This document shows, piece by piece, positions 1 through 9,368 of a stretch of 32,000 bases of DNA (its first letter is position 1; every line of letters starts with the position of its first letter). This stretch comes from Candidatus Pelagibacter sp. HTCC7211 (lineage in GTDB: Bacteria; Pseudomonadota; Alphaproteobacteria; Pelagibacterales; Pelagibacteraceae), in NCBI RefSeq assembly GCF_000155895.1, contig NZ_DS995298.1, forward strand, positions 480,001-512,000, read 5' to 3'. The translations under genes were made by a program, and so were the position numbers. The notes beneath the pieces were generated by a model. That model searched no databases, was not told where the DNA came from, and was given only the letters and a program-made list of their open reading frames with translations.

Positions 1-1413
1 AATCATAGTTTCATTATCTACAATTTCCTTAATCTGTTCTAAAAACCAAGGGTCAATTTTAGATAAAGTAAAAATTCTTTTAAAATTAATTTTTTTTCTA
101 ATTGCTTCTGCAACAAGTAAAATTTTGTTTGGAATATTTTCTTTTAATTTTTTCTGAATTTGATTTTTTTTTAAGTCAAAAATTCTATCTAAACCTGAAT
201 AACCAGTTTCAAGAGAAACCAATGCTTTTTGAAGCGATTCTTTAAAATTTCTTCCAATTGCCATTGCTTCACCAACTGATTTCATAGATGTGCCTAATGA
301 TGCTGGCGAAGTTGAAAATTTTTCGAACGTAAATCTTGGAATTTTAGTTACCACATAATCGATGCTTGGTTCAAATGATGCAGGAGTTACTTTTGTGATT
401 TCATTTTTTAATTCATCCAAAGTGTAGCCCACTGCAAGTTTGGCAGCGACTTTTGCAATTGGAAAACCAGTTGCTTTTGATGCAAGTGCAGATGAACGTG
501 ATACTCTTGGATTCATTTCAATTATAACCATTCTTCCATTTTTAGGATTGATCGCGAACTGAACATTCGATCCACCTGTCTCAACCCCAATCTTTCTAAG
601 ACATGCAATTGAAGCATTTCTCATCACTTGATATTCTTTATCAGTTAATGTTAAAGCAGGGGCGACAGTTACAGAGTCTCCAGTATGAATTCCCATTGGA
701 TCGATATTTTCGATCGAACAGATAATGATACAGTTATCTTTTTTATCTCTTATAACTTCCATTTCAAATTCTTTCCAACCTTCTAGGCATTCTTCAACCA
801 ATACTTGGCTCACAGGAGATTCGTGTAATCCATTTTTAATAATTTTTAGATAATCTTTTTTATTTTTGGCAATACCACCTCCAAGACCTCCAAGAGTGAA
901 AGCAGGTCTAATAATCGCTGGTAGTCCAATTTTATTTAAAACTTTGGACGCTTGATTGATGTTATTTACAATTTCAGATTTAGGTAAATCCAAACCGATA
1001 TCAATCATATTTTTTCTAAATTTCTTTCTATCCTCTGCATTTGAAATAGCTTTGGAGTTTGCACCAATAAGTTCTATTTTATATTTTTTTAGAATTCCTT
1101 TTTTCTCAGCTTCCATTGCAAGGTTAAGTGCGGTTTGGCCACCCATTGTTGGAAGGATTGCGTCTGGTTTTTCTTTTTTAAGAATTTTTTCTAAAACTTC
1201 TAGAGTAATTGGCTCAATGTAGGTTTTATCTGCAACATCAGGGTCTGTCATTATGGTTGCTGGATTTGAGTTAATTAATACGACTTTATAGCCCTCATCT
1301 CTTAAAGCTTTACAAGCTTGAGTTCCCGAATAATCAAATTCACAAGCTTGACCTATGATAATAGGACCAGCTCCAACAACTAATATTTTTTTAAGATCTT
1401 TTCTTTTTGGCAT
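1..1413 (-). CDS. carB: Carbamoyl-phosphate synthase large subunit, N-terminal ~470 aa (runs off the window edge)
   Basis: Hand translation of the minus strand from ATG at 1413-1411 gives [58 protein letters not shown]..., the canonical CarB N-terminus and ATP-grasp region. It lies directly downstream of carA. It is absent from the ORF track because there is no stop codon inside the window. Confidence 0.95.
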   Translation of the reverse strand, partial: MPKRKDLKKILVVGAGPIIIGQACEFDYSGTQACKALRDEGYKVVLINSNPATIMTDPDVADKTYIEPITLEVLEKILKKEKPDAILPTMGGQTALNLAMEAEKKGILKKYKIELIGANSKAISNAEDRKKFRKNMIDIGLDLPKSEIVNNINQASKVLNKIGLPAIIRPAFTLGGLGGGIAKNKKDYLKIIKNGLHESPVSQVLVEECLEGWKEFEMEVIRDKKDNCIIICSIENIDPMGIHTGDSVTVAPALTLTDKEYQVMRNASIACLRKIGVETGGSNVQFAINPKNGRMVIIEMNPRVSRSSALASKATGFPIAKVAAKLAVGYTLDELKNEITKVTPASFEPSIDYVVTKIPRFTFEKFSTSPASLGTSMKSVGEAMAIGRNFKESLQKALVSLETGYSGLDRIFDLKKNQIQKKLKENIPNKILLVAEAIRKKINFKRIFTLSKIDPWFLEQIKEIVDNETMI

Positions 1414-2584
1414 TTTTTTTCATGTTGTTAATAAATTCTTGAAATAAATAAACACTATCTTGTGGTCCAGGGTTGGACTCAGGATGGTACTGAACTGAGA
1501 ATACTGGTTTATTTTTTATTCTTATTCCTTCAATACTGTTATCAAATAAAGATTTGTGTGTGATTTGAATATTTTTTGGTAAATTTTCTATTACTACTTC
1601 AAAGCCGTGATTTTGACTAGTAATTTCTACATTGTCATGAATTAAATTTTTAACTGGATGGTTAGCACCTCTATGACCAAGTTTCATTTTTTTTGTTTTA
1701 CCACCCAATGCTAGAGCAAGTATTTGATGACCTAAACAAATCCCAAATAAAGGTAAGTTTTTATTAATTAAATCTTTAACAATTTTAATAGCATATTTAC
1801 CGGTTGCTGCTGGATCACCTGGACCATTAGATAAAAAAATACCATTTGGTTTCAGTGCTAAAATTTTATCAGCTGGTGTTTTACAAGAAACAACAGTTAC
1901 TTTACAATTAAAGTCAGAAAAATATCTTAAAATATTTTTTTTTATTCCATAGTCAATCGCTACTACATGAAATAAACTTTTATTATTTTTTTTATAACCC
2001 GTTTCTTTTTTCCAAGTTTTAAAGCCTTTCCAGATATAGTTTTTTGATGTGGTTACTTTTTCAGCAAGATCAAGGTTTTTTAAACCACTCCATTTTGTTG
2101 TTGAGTTAGTTAGTTTACTAATATTAAATTTTCCATTTTTTGAATTGGCAATTGTTCCCTTAGGAGCACCTTTATCTCTAATAAAATTTGTTAAACTTCT
2201 GGTATCTAACCCAGTAATACCAACTATTTTATTTTTCTTAAGCCAAGCATCCAAATGTTGAAAAGATCTATAGTTTGATGGAGATGTTATTTCAGAGTTA
2301 AAAATTACTCCTTTGGTCCAAATTTTATCACTTTCATAATCCTGTTTATTAGTTCCAACATTCCCAATATGGGGAAATGTAAAGTTTATTATTTGTCCTG
2401 CGTAAGATGGATCCGATATAATTTCTTGATAACCAGTTAATGAGGTATTAAAACAAACTTCTCCAGTCGCTTCTCCCTGATAACCAATTCCAATTCCTTT
2501 AAAAACCTTCTTATTTTCAAGAACTAAAACGCCTGTATTGATTTCTGAATTTTTTGAGTTAGTTTTTTTTGCTTTTTTGATCAA
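1391..2584 (-). CDS. carA: Carbamoyl-phosphate synthase small (glutaminase) subunit
   Basis: 397-aa ORF. It has the CPSase small-chain N-domain ([25 protein letters not shown]) and class-I amidotransferase motifs ([26 protein letters not shown]). Its 3' end overlaps the carB start by 23 nt. Confidence 0.95.
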   Translation of the reverse strand: MIKKAKKTNSKNSEINTGVLVLENKKVFKGIGIGYQGEATGEVCFNTSLTGYQEIISDPSYAGQIINFTFPHIGNVGTNKQDYESDKIWTKGVIFNSEITSPSNYRSFQHLDAWLKKNKIVGITGLDTRSLTNFIRDKGAPKGTIANSKNGKFNISKLTNSTTKWSGLKNLDLAEKVTTSKNYIWKGFKTWKKETGYKKNNKSLFHVVAIDYGIKKNILRYFSDFNCKVTVVSCKTPADKILALKPNGIFLSNGPGDPAATGKYAIKIVKDLINKNLPLFGICLGHQILALALGGKTKKMKLGHRGANHPVKNLIHDNVEITSQNHGFEVVIENLPKNIQITHKSLFDNSIEGIRIKNKPVFSVQYHPESNPGPQDSVYLFQEFINNMKKNAKKKRS

Positions 2585-2711
2585 TTACAACTCATGAGTT
2601 AAAGGTTAATACAATAATTGCTTTATTATCGCAACAGAGATGTATTATAAAATTGTAAAAAAACAATTTTTCTTTTGAAGAATTTTTTCTTTGAAGTAGA
2701 TTAAAAAAAGT

Positions 2712-3173
2712 ATGTCATTGAAAGAAACAATCGAAACCGAATATAAAAACGCCTTAAAATCAAAAGATAAAATTAAAATATCAACCTACAGGTTAATATT
2801 ATCCTCAATTAAAGATTTGGATATTGTTAACAGATCAGGACCAAACAAAAAAGATACTGACGATGAAGATATTAAAAAGCTATTAAAAAAGATGGTTAAA
2901 CAAAGGGCCGAATCAATTGAAATTTACAAGAAAAATAACAGAACCGATCTTTTGGAAGTTGAACAAAATGAATATGATATTTTAACAGGATTTTTACCAT
3001 CACAACTTGGTGAGGAAGAAACCAAGAAAATATGCGCCACAATTATCTCTGAACTTGGAGCAAAATCTTTAAAAGATATGGGTAAAGTAATGGGTGAGCT
3101 TAAAAAAAAGCATGCTGATGAAATTGATTTTGCAAAAGCTGGACCTCTTATTAAAGAATTATTGAGCAGTTAA
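2712..3173 (+). CDS. GatB/YqeY-domain protein
   Basis: 153-aa ORF with a YqeY-like layout (N-terminal ...YKNALKSKDKIKISTYRLILSSIKD..., C-terminal ...KDMGKVMGELKKKH...). Its stop overlaps the dnaG start (TAATG at 3171-3175). Confidence 0.75.
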   Translation: MSLKETIETEYKNALKSKDKIKISTYRLILSSIKDLDIVNRSGPNKKDTDDEDIKKLLKKMVKQRAESIEIYKKNNRTDLLEVEQNEYDILTGFLPSQLGEEETKKICATIISELGAKSLKDMGKVMGELKKKHADEIDFAKAGPLIKELLSS

Positions 3174-4948
3174 TGAAATATCCAAAAGAGTACCTTGACG
3201 AAATTAAAACAAGACTAAAAGTTTCTACAGTTGTATCTAAGTCAGTTGCGCTTAAGAAAAGAGGTAAAGAATACGTAGGTTTATCTCCATTTAAGAATGA
3301 GAAAACTCCATCATTTACTGTTAATGATGAAAAAGAATTTTATCATTGTTTTGCAACATCTGAACATGGCAATATTTTTGATTTTGTGATGAAAATTCAA
3401 AATTTAAAATTTGGTGAAGCAGTTAAACATCTCGCTCAATTAGCTGGAATGCAGCCATATATGTTTTCAAAACAAGATGAAGAAAGAGAAAAAAAATGGA
3501 AAGAATATCTTTCAATTTATGAACAATATGTAAATTTTTACCATAATGAATTACTTAAAAATGAAACTTATTCTAATGCAAGAGATTATTTAAAAAATAG
3601 ATTTTTGGGTAAAGATGAAGTTAAGAAATTCAAAATTGGATATATAGAAAAAAATCCAACTTTTTTTGAAAAATTAAAAAATGAATTTAGCGAACAAACT
3701 TTAGTTGAGAGTGGTTTATTTTATTTAGATGAAAAAAAGAAAACATATGTTGAAAGATTTAGAGGTCGATTAATTTTTCCAATTAACAATATTTCAGGTC
3801 AGCCAGTTGCATTAGGGGGAAGAATAATTGAAAACTTAGAATATCTAGCAAAATATATTAATTCGCCAGAGACAAACTTTTTCAAAAAAGGATCAAACTT
3901 ATATAACTTAGATCTTGCAAGAAAATTTTCAAATAAATTAGATCATATCTATCTAGTTGAAGGTTATATGGATGTAGTTGGTTTAAGTAAAAATGGAATT
4001 GAAAATGTAGTAGCAAATCTTGGAACATCTTTAACAGATAAACAAATTTTAACTTTAAATCAGTTTTTTGATGATATTATTATTTGTTTTGATGGTGATG
4101 AAAGTGGTTACAAAGCAGCTGTTAGAGCAGCAGAAAACTCCATAAAAGAATTAAAACCTGAAAAACAAATATCTTTTTTATTCTTGCCCGATAAGGAGGA
4201 TCCAGACAGTTATGTTAATAAAAATGGTAAAAATTACTTCATAGAATTTACCAATCAGAGCAAGTTATCCATTCATCAATTTATTTTTAGCCATTATAAA
4301 AAGCAAACAGATAATAACCCGTCTTCTATGGCAATATTTGAGAAAAAACTTAGAGGTATTGCTAACACTATTAAAGATGACTTTATTAAAAAGTATGTTC
4401 TCGAATATTTTTTAGAAAAAATAGCTGAATTAACTCCCCATTCTAACCAAAATAAAAATAAGTATTATGTTAAAAAAACTAAATCTCTAGATACAACAAA
4501 AAAACATTTTAATGACAGTAAATCTATAACAAGTGTTGAGTTAAAAGAGTTTTCTTTATTGTATTTATTGCTTAACAATCTTTCTTTTTTACAGGCTAAT
4601 ATTCATTTAATTGAAGACATTAAATTTTTTACTGAAATAAATAGACAAATACTTGATACAATTATTCAAAAATTAAAATCAGGAGAGCAAATAACTATTG
4701 ATGATCTAAATTTAGACAAACAATTATTAGATAAGATCAACAAATTTGCTCCTATTAAACATATTTTGAAAAATAAGCCTAATAATGAAAATCAAGTTAT
4801 AGAATTACTAGATGATATTTCTAAGGATCTTTTTAATTACGATCTTGAATTTAGAATCCAAGAATTAGAATCGAAGTTTTCAAAAGATATGAGCGAAACG
4901 ACTTTTAATGAGCTAAAAGAGTTGAAAAACGAGAGAAAAATCAATTAA
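3173..4948 (+). CDS. dnaG: DNA primase
   Basis: 591-aa ORF. Primase zinc-finger-region motif PFKNEKTPSFTVN...FYHCF...HGNIFDF, RNA-polymerase core (RGRLIFPI, GGR) and Toprim motifs (EGYMDV, DGDESG). Sits upstream of rpoD as in the classical dnaG-rpoD operon. Confidence 0.95.
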   Translation: MKYPKEYLDEIKTRLKVSTVVSKSVALKKRGKEYVGLSPFKNEKTPSFTVNDEKEFYHCFATSEHGNIFDFVMKIQNLKFGEAVKHLAQLAGMQPYMFSKQDEEREKKWKEYLSIYEQYVNFYHNELLKNETYSNARDYLKNRFLGKDEVKKFKIGYIEKNPTFFEKLKNEFSEQTLVESGLFYLDEKKKTYVERFRGRLIFPINNISGQPVALGGRIIENLEYLAKYINSPETNFFKKGSNLYNLDLARKFSNKLDHIYLVEGYMDVVGLSKNGIENVVANLGTSLTDKQILTLNQFFDDIIICFDGDESGYKAAVRAAENSIKELKPEKQISFLFLPDKEDPDSYVNKNGKNYFIEFTNQSKLSIHQFIFSHYKKQTDNNPSSMAIFEKKLRGIANTIKDDFIKKYVLEYFLEKIAELTPHSNQNKNKYYVKKTKSLDTTKKHFNDSKSITSVELKEFSLLYLLLNNLSFLQANIHLIEDIKFFTEINRQILDTIIQKLKSGEQITIDDLNLDKQLLDKINKFAPIKHILKNKPNNENQVIELLDDISKDLFNYDLEFRIQELESKFSKDMSETTFNELKELKNERKIN

Positions 4949-5015
4949 TCCTAACAATTTAGCAATGGATTTTTACAAATTTGATATTATATAAGTCTCT
5001 CAAACTTATATTACT

Positions 5016-6842
5016 GTGGAAAGAATTATTACAAAATCATTTGCAAGATTAATGGGTCGTGGAACTCATAGGGGTTTTATAACCTATGAAGAATTAAATA
5101 AATCCCTTGGAAAAAGAAACCTATCAGATGAAAATTTAGCCCAAGCTTTTATTCATATATTAGATGAAAATATTACATTAGTAGAAAAAAAATCAGATTT
5201 TAAAGTATTACGAAAAAAAGAAGGATCTTCCAAAGAAGAAGGTAAGACGATGGAGAAAAGTGATGATCCTATCAGAATGTATTTACGTGAGATGGGTGGT
5301 GTTGAATTACTTTCTCGAGAAGGCGAAATTGCAATTGCAAAAAGAATTGAAGCTGGAAAAGATGTAATGTTAATAGCTTTGTCACAAAGCCCAATGACTG
5401 CGCAACAGTTTTTCGAATGGAATGATCAATTACAAAAGGACGAAATTTTAGTTAGAGAAATTATTGATATTGATACAAATTACATGGAAGATGAAACTAC
5501 AGGACCCAGTGCAAAGCAAAAGAATGCTGGTGAAACAGAAAAAGATGAAGGATCTGGTGAGGGTGATGAAGATGATTTTAATCCAACGCTTGCCGCAATG
5601 GAAACTGAAATTAAACCAAAGGTTTTGAAAACTGTTAGCACTCTTACTAAAGAATATAATAAACTAATTAAATATCAAAAAGAAAAACTAGATTGTATTT
5701 TAAATTCACAAAACTTTTCTCCAGCAAAAGAAAAAGGATATCAAAAAATTGTAGATGATATTTTAGAAAACATTAAATCTCTTCAATTATCCCCTTCAGT
5801 TTTAGAGGAATTGGTCCAAAAGCATTATGTTGAAAACAAAAAAATTATATCACTAGAAGGTAATCTTTTAAGACTTGCTATGGATCATAAAATACCAAGA
5901 AATGAATTCATTAAATTTTACATAGGTAATGAAATTAATCCTAATCTTAAAAAGTTTTTAGATACTAACTCAATCTGGAAACAATTCTTTTCAAAAAATA
6001 AAGAAGAATTCAAGAATATAAGAGAGAGGTTAATTGAAATAAGTCATAAATTAGGGATTTCTGTAACTGATTTTAAAAAATTAGTAAGTAGAGTTCAAAA
6101 AGGTGAAAAAGAATCTAGAATTGCCAAAAAGGAAATGGTTGAAGCTAATTTAAGATTAGTAATTTCAATCGCTAAAAAATATACAAATAGAGGTCTTCAG
6201 TTTTTAGATTTAATTCAAGAAGGAAATATAGGATTGATGAAAGCGGTTGATAAATTTGAATATCGAAGAGGATATAAATTTTCTACTTATGCAACATGGT
6301 GGATTAGACAAGCAATTACAAGATCCATTGCCGACCAAGCTAGAACAATTAGAATTCCAGTTCATATGATTGAAACAATTAATAAAATTGTAAGAACACA
6401 AAGACTGATTTTAAGTGAATTTGGAAGAGAAGCTACACCAGAGGAATTAGCTCAAAAACTCAGAATGCCACTTGATAAAGTTAGAAAAGTATTAAAAATT
6501 TCAAAAGAACCTGTTTCACTGGAGAAACCTGTGGGTGATGAGGAAGACAGTAGCTTGGGTGATTTTATAGAAGACACTAAAGCGCTAGCTCCTTTAGAAC
6601 AGGCGATTAAATCAAACTTAGGAGAAGCTACAACTAAAATTTTATCAACTCTTACACCAAGAGAGGAGAGAGTTTTGAGAATGAGATTTGGAGTTGGAAT
6701 GAATACTGATCACACTTTAGAGGAAGTAGGTCTTCAATTCTCTGTAACAAGAGAGAGAATTAGACAGATTGAAGCAAAAGCTCTTAGAAAACTAAAACAT
6801 CCTAGCAGATCTAAGCAATTAAAAAGTTTCTTAGAAAGTTAA
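5016..6842 (+). CDS. rpoD: RNA polymerase primary sigma factor (sigma-70)
   Basis: 608-aa ORF with a GTG start. Region 1.2 ([11 protein letters not shown]), region 2 ([38 protein letters not shown]), region 3, and region 4 ([29 protein letters not shown]). Confidence 0.97.
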   Translation: MERIITKSFARLMGRGTHRGFITYEELNKSLGKRNLSDENLAQAFIHILDENITLVEKKSDFKVLRKKEGSSKEEGKTMEKSDDPIRMYLREMGGVELLSREGEIAIAKRIEAGKDVMLIALSQSPMTAQQFFEWNDQLQKDEILVREIIDIDTNYMEDETTGPSAKQKNAGETEKDEGSGEGDEDDFNPTLAAMETEIKPKVLKTVSTLTKEYNKLIKYQKEKLDCILNSQNFSPAKEKGYQKIVDDILENIKSLQLSPSVLEELVQKHYVENKKIISLEGNLLRLAMDHKIPRNEFIKFYIGNEINPNLKKFLDTNSIWKQFFSKNKEEFKNIRERLIEISHKLGISVTDFKKLVSRVQKGEKESRIAKKEMVEANLRLVISIAKKYTNRGLQFLDLIQEGNIGLMKAVDKFEYRRGYKFSTYATWWIRQAITRSIADQARTIRIPVHMIETINKIVRTQRLILSEFGREATPEELAQKLRMPLDKVRKVLKISKEPVSLEKPVGDEEDSSLGDFIEDTKALAPLEQAIKSNLGEATTKILSTLTPREERVLRMRFGVGMNTDHTLEEVGLQFSVTRERIRQIEAKALRKLKHPSRSKQLKSFLES

Positions 6843-6849
6843 TTTTACT

Positions 6850-6924
6850 GGGCCGTTAGCTCAATAGTAGAGTACTGCATTGACATTGCAGGGGTAGTTG
6901 GAGCGTAACCAACACGGCCCACCA
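6850..6924 (+). tRNA. tRNA-Val (anticodon GAC) with non-canonical D- and T-loops
   Basis: Hand-folded 75-nt cloverleaf. Acceptor gggccgt/acggccc has 7 perfect bp. D stem is gctc/gagt. Anticodon stem ctgca/tgcag with loop ttGACat. T stem gttgg/ccaac. Discriminator A and encoded CCA. The T-loop is agcgtaa rather than ttcgaat-like, and the D-loop aatagta lacks the GG pair. Confidence 0.7.
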
Positions 6925-6942
6925 TTTAAAGATTATCTATAA

Positions 6943-6969
6943 TTGATAACTATATTAAAATGATATAAT
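6943..6969 (+). promoter_or_regulatory. Candidate sigma70-type promoter, the original promoter of the tRNA(CAU) gene
   Basis: TTGATA (6943-6948), 15-bp spacer, TATAAT (6964-6969), ending 15 nt before tRNA position +1 at 6985. The spacer is shorter than optimal. Confidence 0.35.
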
Positions 6970-6984
6970 TAACTCTAATATTTT

Positions 6985-7024
6985 GGGCCTGTAGCTCAGT
7001 TGGTTAGAGCAGTACACTCATAAT
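6985..7024 (+). repeat. Truncated 5' half of tRNA(CAU); left copy of the island direct repeat (attL core)
   Basis: gggcctgtagctcagttggttagagcagtacactcataat is identical over 40/40 nt to 11121-11160. The match starts exactly at tRNA +1 and ends at the 3' edge of the anticodon loop. The sequence then diverges (ttacga here, gtattg in the intact gene). Confidence 0.9.
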
Positions 7025-7097
7025 TTACGACTCAAAAAAATATCTTAAATTAGTATTTAAAATCAACCTCCATTAGAGGATTTGTTTTTCTATAAAA

Positions 7098-7129
7098 ATT
7101 TACCAACTATTTACCAACGAATGCAATTA
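7098..7129 (+). repeat. Left sub-terminal repeat block: two ATTTACCAAC copies 11 bp apart, plus a shared 21-mer
   Basis: atttaccaac at 7098-7107 and 7109-7118. The 21-mer atttaccaacgaatgcaatta (7109-7129) is identical to 11017-11037. The block starts 73 bp after the left tRNA repeat. Confidence 0.6.
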
Positions 7130-7188
7130 TCCACACAATTTAAAGGTTTTACATTTTGGTTTTTTTTATGCGAGATGTATAAGAGATT

Positions 7189-8217
7189 ATGCTTTCAGTT
7201 AACGATTTTTTTTCAGGTTGTGGTGGTCTCTCACAAGGATTTAAGGAGGCAGGATTTAAAATTCAAGTTGCTGTGGATAAAGAAGAAGCATTTTTAAAAA
7301 CTTTTTCACATAATTTTAAAGATTCTCAAACCAAAAATTTAGATTTGGGTGATAGCAAAACTCTTAACGATATTCCTAAATCAGATATTATTATTGCCGG
7401 TCCGCCTTGCCAAGGATTTTCAATTACTGGGCCAAGGAATATTGATGATCCAAGAAATAAATTATATTTATCAGTTTTTGAAACTTTAAAATTAACAAAT
7501 CCAAAAGCTTTTGTAGTTGAGAATGTGAGGGGTTTAAAAACCATGTGGGGAGGAAATGTTTTTAAGGAGATAATTAAAAAATTTGAAAGTGCAGGATATA
7601 TAGTTACTGAAAGTTTATTAAATTCAGCTGATTATGGAGTTCCGCAAATTAGACATAGAGTGTTTATTGTAGGTATAAAAAAAGAACTTAATAAAAAATT
7701 TGAATTTCCTAAACCAGAATTTGATAAAGATGATTATATCACATGTGGTGAGGCTATAGGTAATCTACCAAGTCTTGAGAATGGAGAATTAAAAAGTAAT
7801 GATTATAACGAAAAACCAACAACAAACTATCAAATGTATGTAATGGATAGTAATAAAATTTATAATCATGAAGCTACATTGCACAAACAATTTGTAAAAG
7901 ACACAATAGCTTTAGTCCCAGAAGGTGGTAATTATAAAGATCTACCAAAAGGAGTAGGCGAAAGTAGAAAGTTTAATGAGGCGTGGACCAGATATCATAG
8001 TAAAAAACCCTCAAGAACAATAGATACAGGTCACAGAAATCATTTTCATTACAAATGGAATAGAGTCCCAACAATCAGAGAAAATGCTAGACTCCAATCC
8101 TTTAAGGATAGTTTTGAATTTTTAGGAACAAAAACTTCTCAAAATGTTCAGGTTGGAAATGCCGTGCCACCTTTATTGGCATTTAAAATTGCAAAAGAAC
8201 TTAAGAAATTTCTTTAA
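7189..8217 (+). CDS. DNA (cytosine-5)-methyltransferase, first of two
   Basis: 342-aa ORF with the ordered C5-MTase motifs: I FFSGCGGLSQGF, IV GPPCQGFS, VI ENVRGL, VIII QIRHRVFIVG, IX RENARLQSFKDSFEF, X GNAVPP. Confidence 0.93.
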   Translation: MLSVNDFFSGCGGLSQGFKEAGFKIQVAVDKEEAFLKTFSHNFKDSQTKNLDLGDSKTLNDIPKSDIIIAGPPCQGFSITGPRNIDDPRNKLYLSVFETLKLTNPKAFVVENVRGLKTMWGGNVFKEIIKKFESAGYIVTESLLNSADYGVPQIRHRVFIVGIKKELNKKFEFPKPEFDKDDYITCGEAIGNLPSLENGELKSNDYNEKPTTNYQMYVMDSNKIYNHEATLHKQFVKDTIALVPEGGNYKDLPKGVGESRKFNEAWTRYHSKKPSRTIDTGHRNHFHYKWNRVPTIRENARLQSFKDSFEFLGTKTSQNVQVGNAVPPLLAFKIAKELKKFL

Positions 8218-9359
8218 TGAGTATTAAATTTATAGATTTATTTTCAGGATGCGGTGGTTTAACAGAGGCTTTTTTAAACAATAAAAAATTTTCTCCAATA
8301 AAAATTATTGATAATGATAAATTTTGTTACGACACTACAATTCATAGACTTAAAAAACTTAAGTTTAAAAATCCTGAAAAAATTGCGCAACTAAAGGATA
8401 TTTCAAGCAATAAAACAATTAATGATTTCAAAAACATTAAGTCTGATATTGTGATTGGAGGGCCTCCATGTCAGGCTTATTCAGTTGCAGGCAGAATTAG
8501 AGATAAGCATGGTATGAAAAAAGATTATAGAAATTACCTTTTTGAATCATTTCTCAAGATTATTAATTACAGCCAACCGAAGTTCTTTGTAATGGAGAAT
8601 GTTCCAGGAATGCTGAGCGCAAAACCAGGAAATATCAAAGTTACAATTAGAATTAAAAAAGAAACTAATAAAATCAAATATTATATCCCTGAAAATTTAT
8701 CTGAATGTATATTTGATTTATCTAAATACGGCGTACCTCAGAAAAGGAAAAGAGTGATTATATTTGGGGTAAATAAAAAGTTAAAAAACTATAAATCAAT
8801 ATCAAAGAAATTTTACGAAAAATTAAGATCCCAAGAATTAAAAAAAATAATTACTGTAAAACAAGCTATTGGAGATTTGGATAAATTTTATCCTTTAAAC
8901 AAAATTATAAAGATTAAAGGAAGAAAATTTTCCCACAAATCAAATTCAAAAAAACCAGATCATTCCCCAAGATTTCATAATGAGAGAGATATAAAGATTT
9001 TTAAACTTTTAGCTGAAGATATAGAGAAAAAGAAATTCAAGTATAAAACGGTAAAAGAATTACAAAAACTTTATACAAAAATTGTTGGAAAAAAATCTAA
9101 TATTCATAAATATTATGTGCTTAGAAAAGATGAGCCTAGTAATCTTATACCTTCACATTTATATAAAGATGGCTTGAGACATATTCATTATGACTCTAAA
9201 CAAGCAAGATCAATTACTGTTAGAGAAGCTGCTAGACTTCAATCTTTCCCAGATAATTTTGAATTTATTGGACCAATGACTGAGCAATACAAAATGATCG
9301 GAAACGCAGTTCCACCAAATTTTTCAAAACATTTGTTGAAAACAATTCTAAAATTATAA
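8217..9359 (+). CDS. DNA (cytosine-5)-methyltransferase, second of two
   Basis: 380-aa ORF: I LFSGCGGLTEAF, IV GGPPCQAYS, VI ENVPGM, VIII PQKRKRVIIFG, IX REAARLQSFPDNFEF, X GNAVPP. Its variable (target-recognition) region is longer than and different from the first methyltransferase. Its start overlaps the upstream stop (TAATG, 8215-8219). Confidence 0.93.
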   Translation: MSIKFIDLFSGCGGLTEAFLNNKKFSPIKIIDNDKFCYDTTIHRLKKLKFKNPEKIAQLKDISSNKTINDFKNIKSDIVIGGPPCQAYSVAGRIRDKHGMKKDYRNYLFESFLKIINYSQPKFFVMENVPGMLSAKPGNIKVTIRIKKETNKIKYYIPENLSECIFDLSKYGVPQKRKRVIIFGVNKKLKNYKSISKKFYEKLRSQELKKIITVKQAIGDLDKFYPLNKIIKIKGRKFSHKSNSKKPDHSPRFHNERDIKIFKLLAEDIEKKKFKYKTVKELQKLYTKIVGKKSNIHKYYVLRKDEPSNLIPSHLYKDGLRHIHYDSKQARSITVREAARLQSFPDNFEFIGPMTEQYKMIGNAVPPNFSKHLLKTILKL

Positions 9360-9368
9360 TTAATTATT

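Noticed and set aside
956-1222. 88-aa plus-strand ORF, together with similar short ORFs at 2049-2261, 6210-6401, 7326-7544, 11232-11432, 14446-14706, 16112-16324, 18622-18909, 20752-20940, 22063-22287, 24918-25100, 27970-28176, 30328-30624 and 31631-31828
   Set aside because: All of them lie entirely inside well-supported genes, either antisense or in an alternative frame. Their products are low-complexity and Phe/Ile/Leu/Ser-rich, as expected from reading AT-rich Lys/Asn/Glu codons in the wrong frame or strand. None has a recognisable motif or its own translation signals.
1391-1413. 23-nt carA/carB overlap and the many 1-20-nt overlaps in the dcw cluster (for example 8215-8219, 17071-17074, 24284-24294, 26466-26476, 27857-27860, 29662-29681, 30332-30339) considered as possible frameshift or recoding sites
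   Set aside because: Each downstream gene has a proper start codon and a canonical N-terminus. Overlapping stop/start junctions are the expected translational coupling in a streamlined genome.
7067-7090. cctc-catta-gagg hairpin followed by a T-run, considered as a terminator for the truncated tRNA stub
   Set aside because: The stem is only 4 bp and cannot be extended without mismatches. That is too weak to call an intrinsic terminator.
7082-7297. 71-aa ORF (TTG start) spanning the left repeat block and the start of the first methyltransferase
   Set aside because: It overlaps the methyltransferase start by 109 nt in another frame, has a non-ATG start with no SD, and its product has no recognisable features. 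The repeat DNA it covers is better explained as a protein-binding site.
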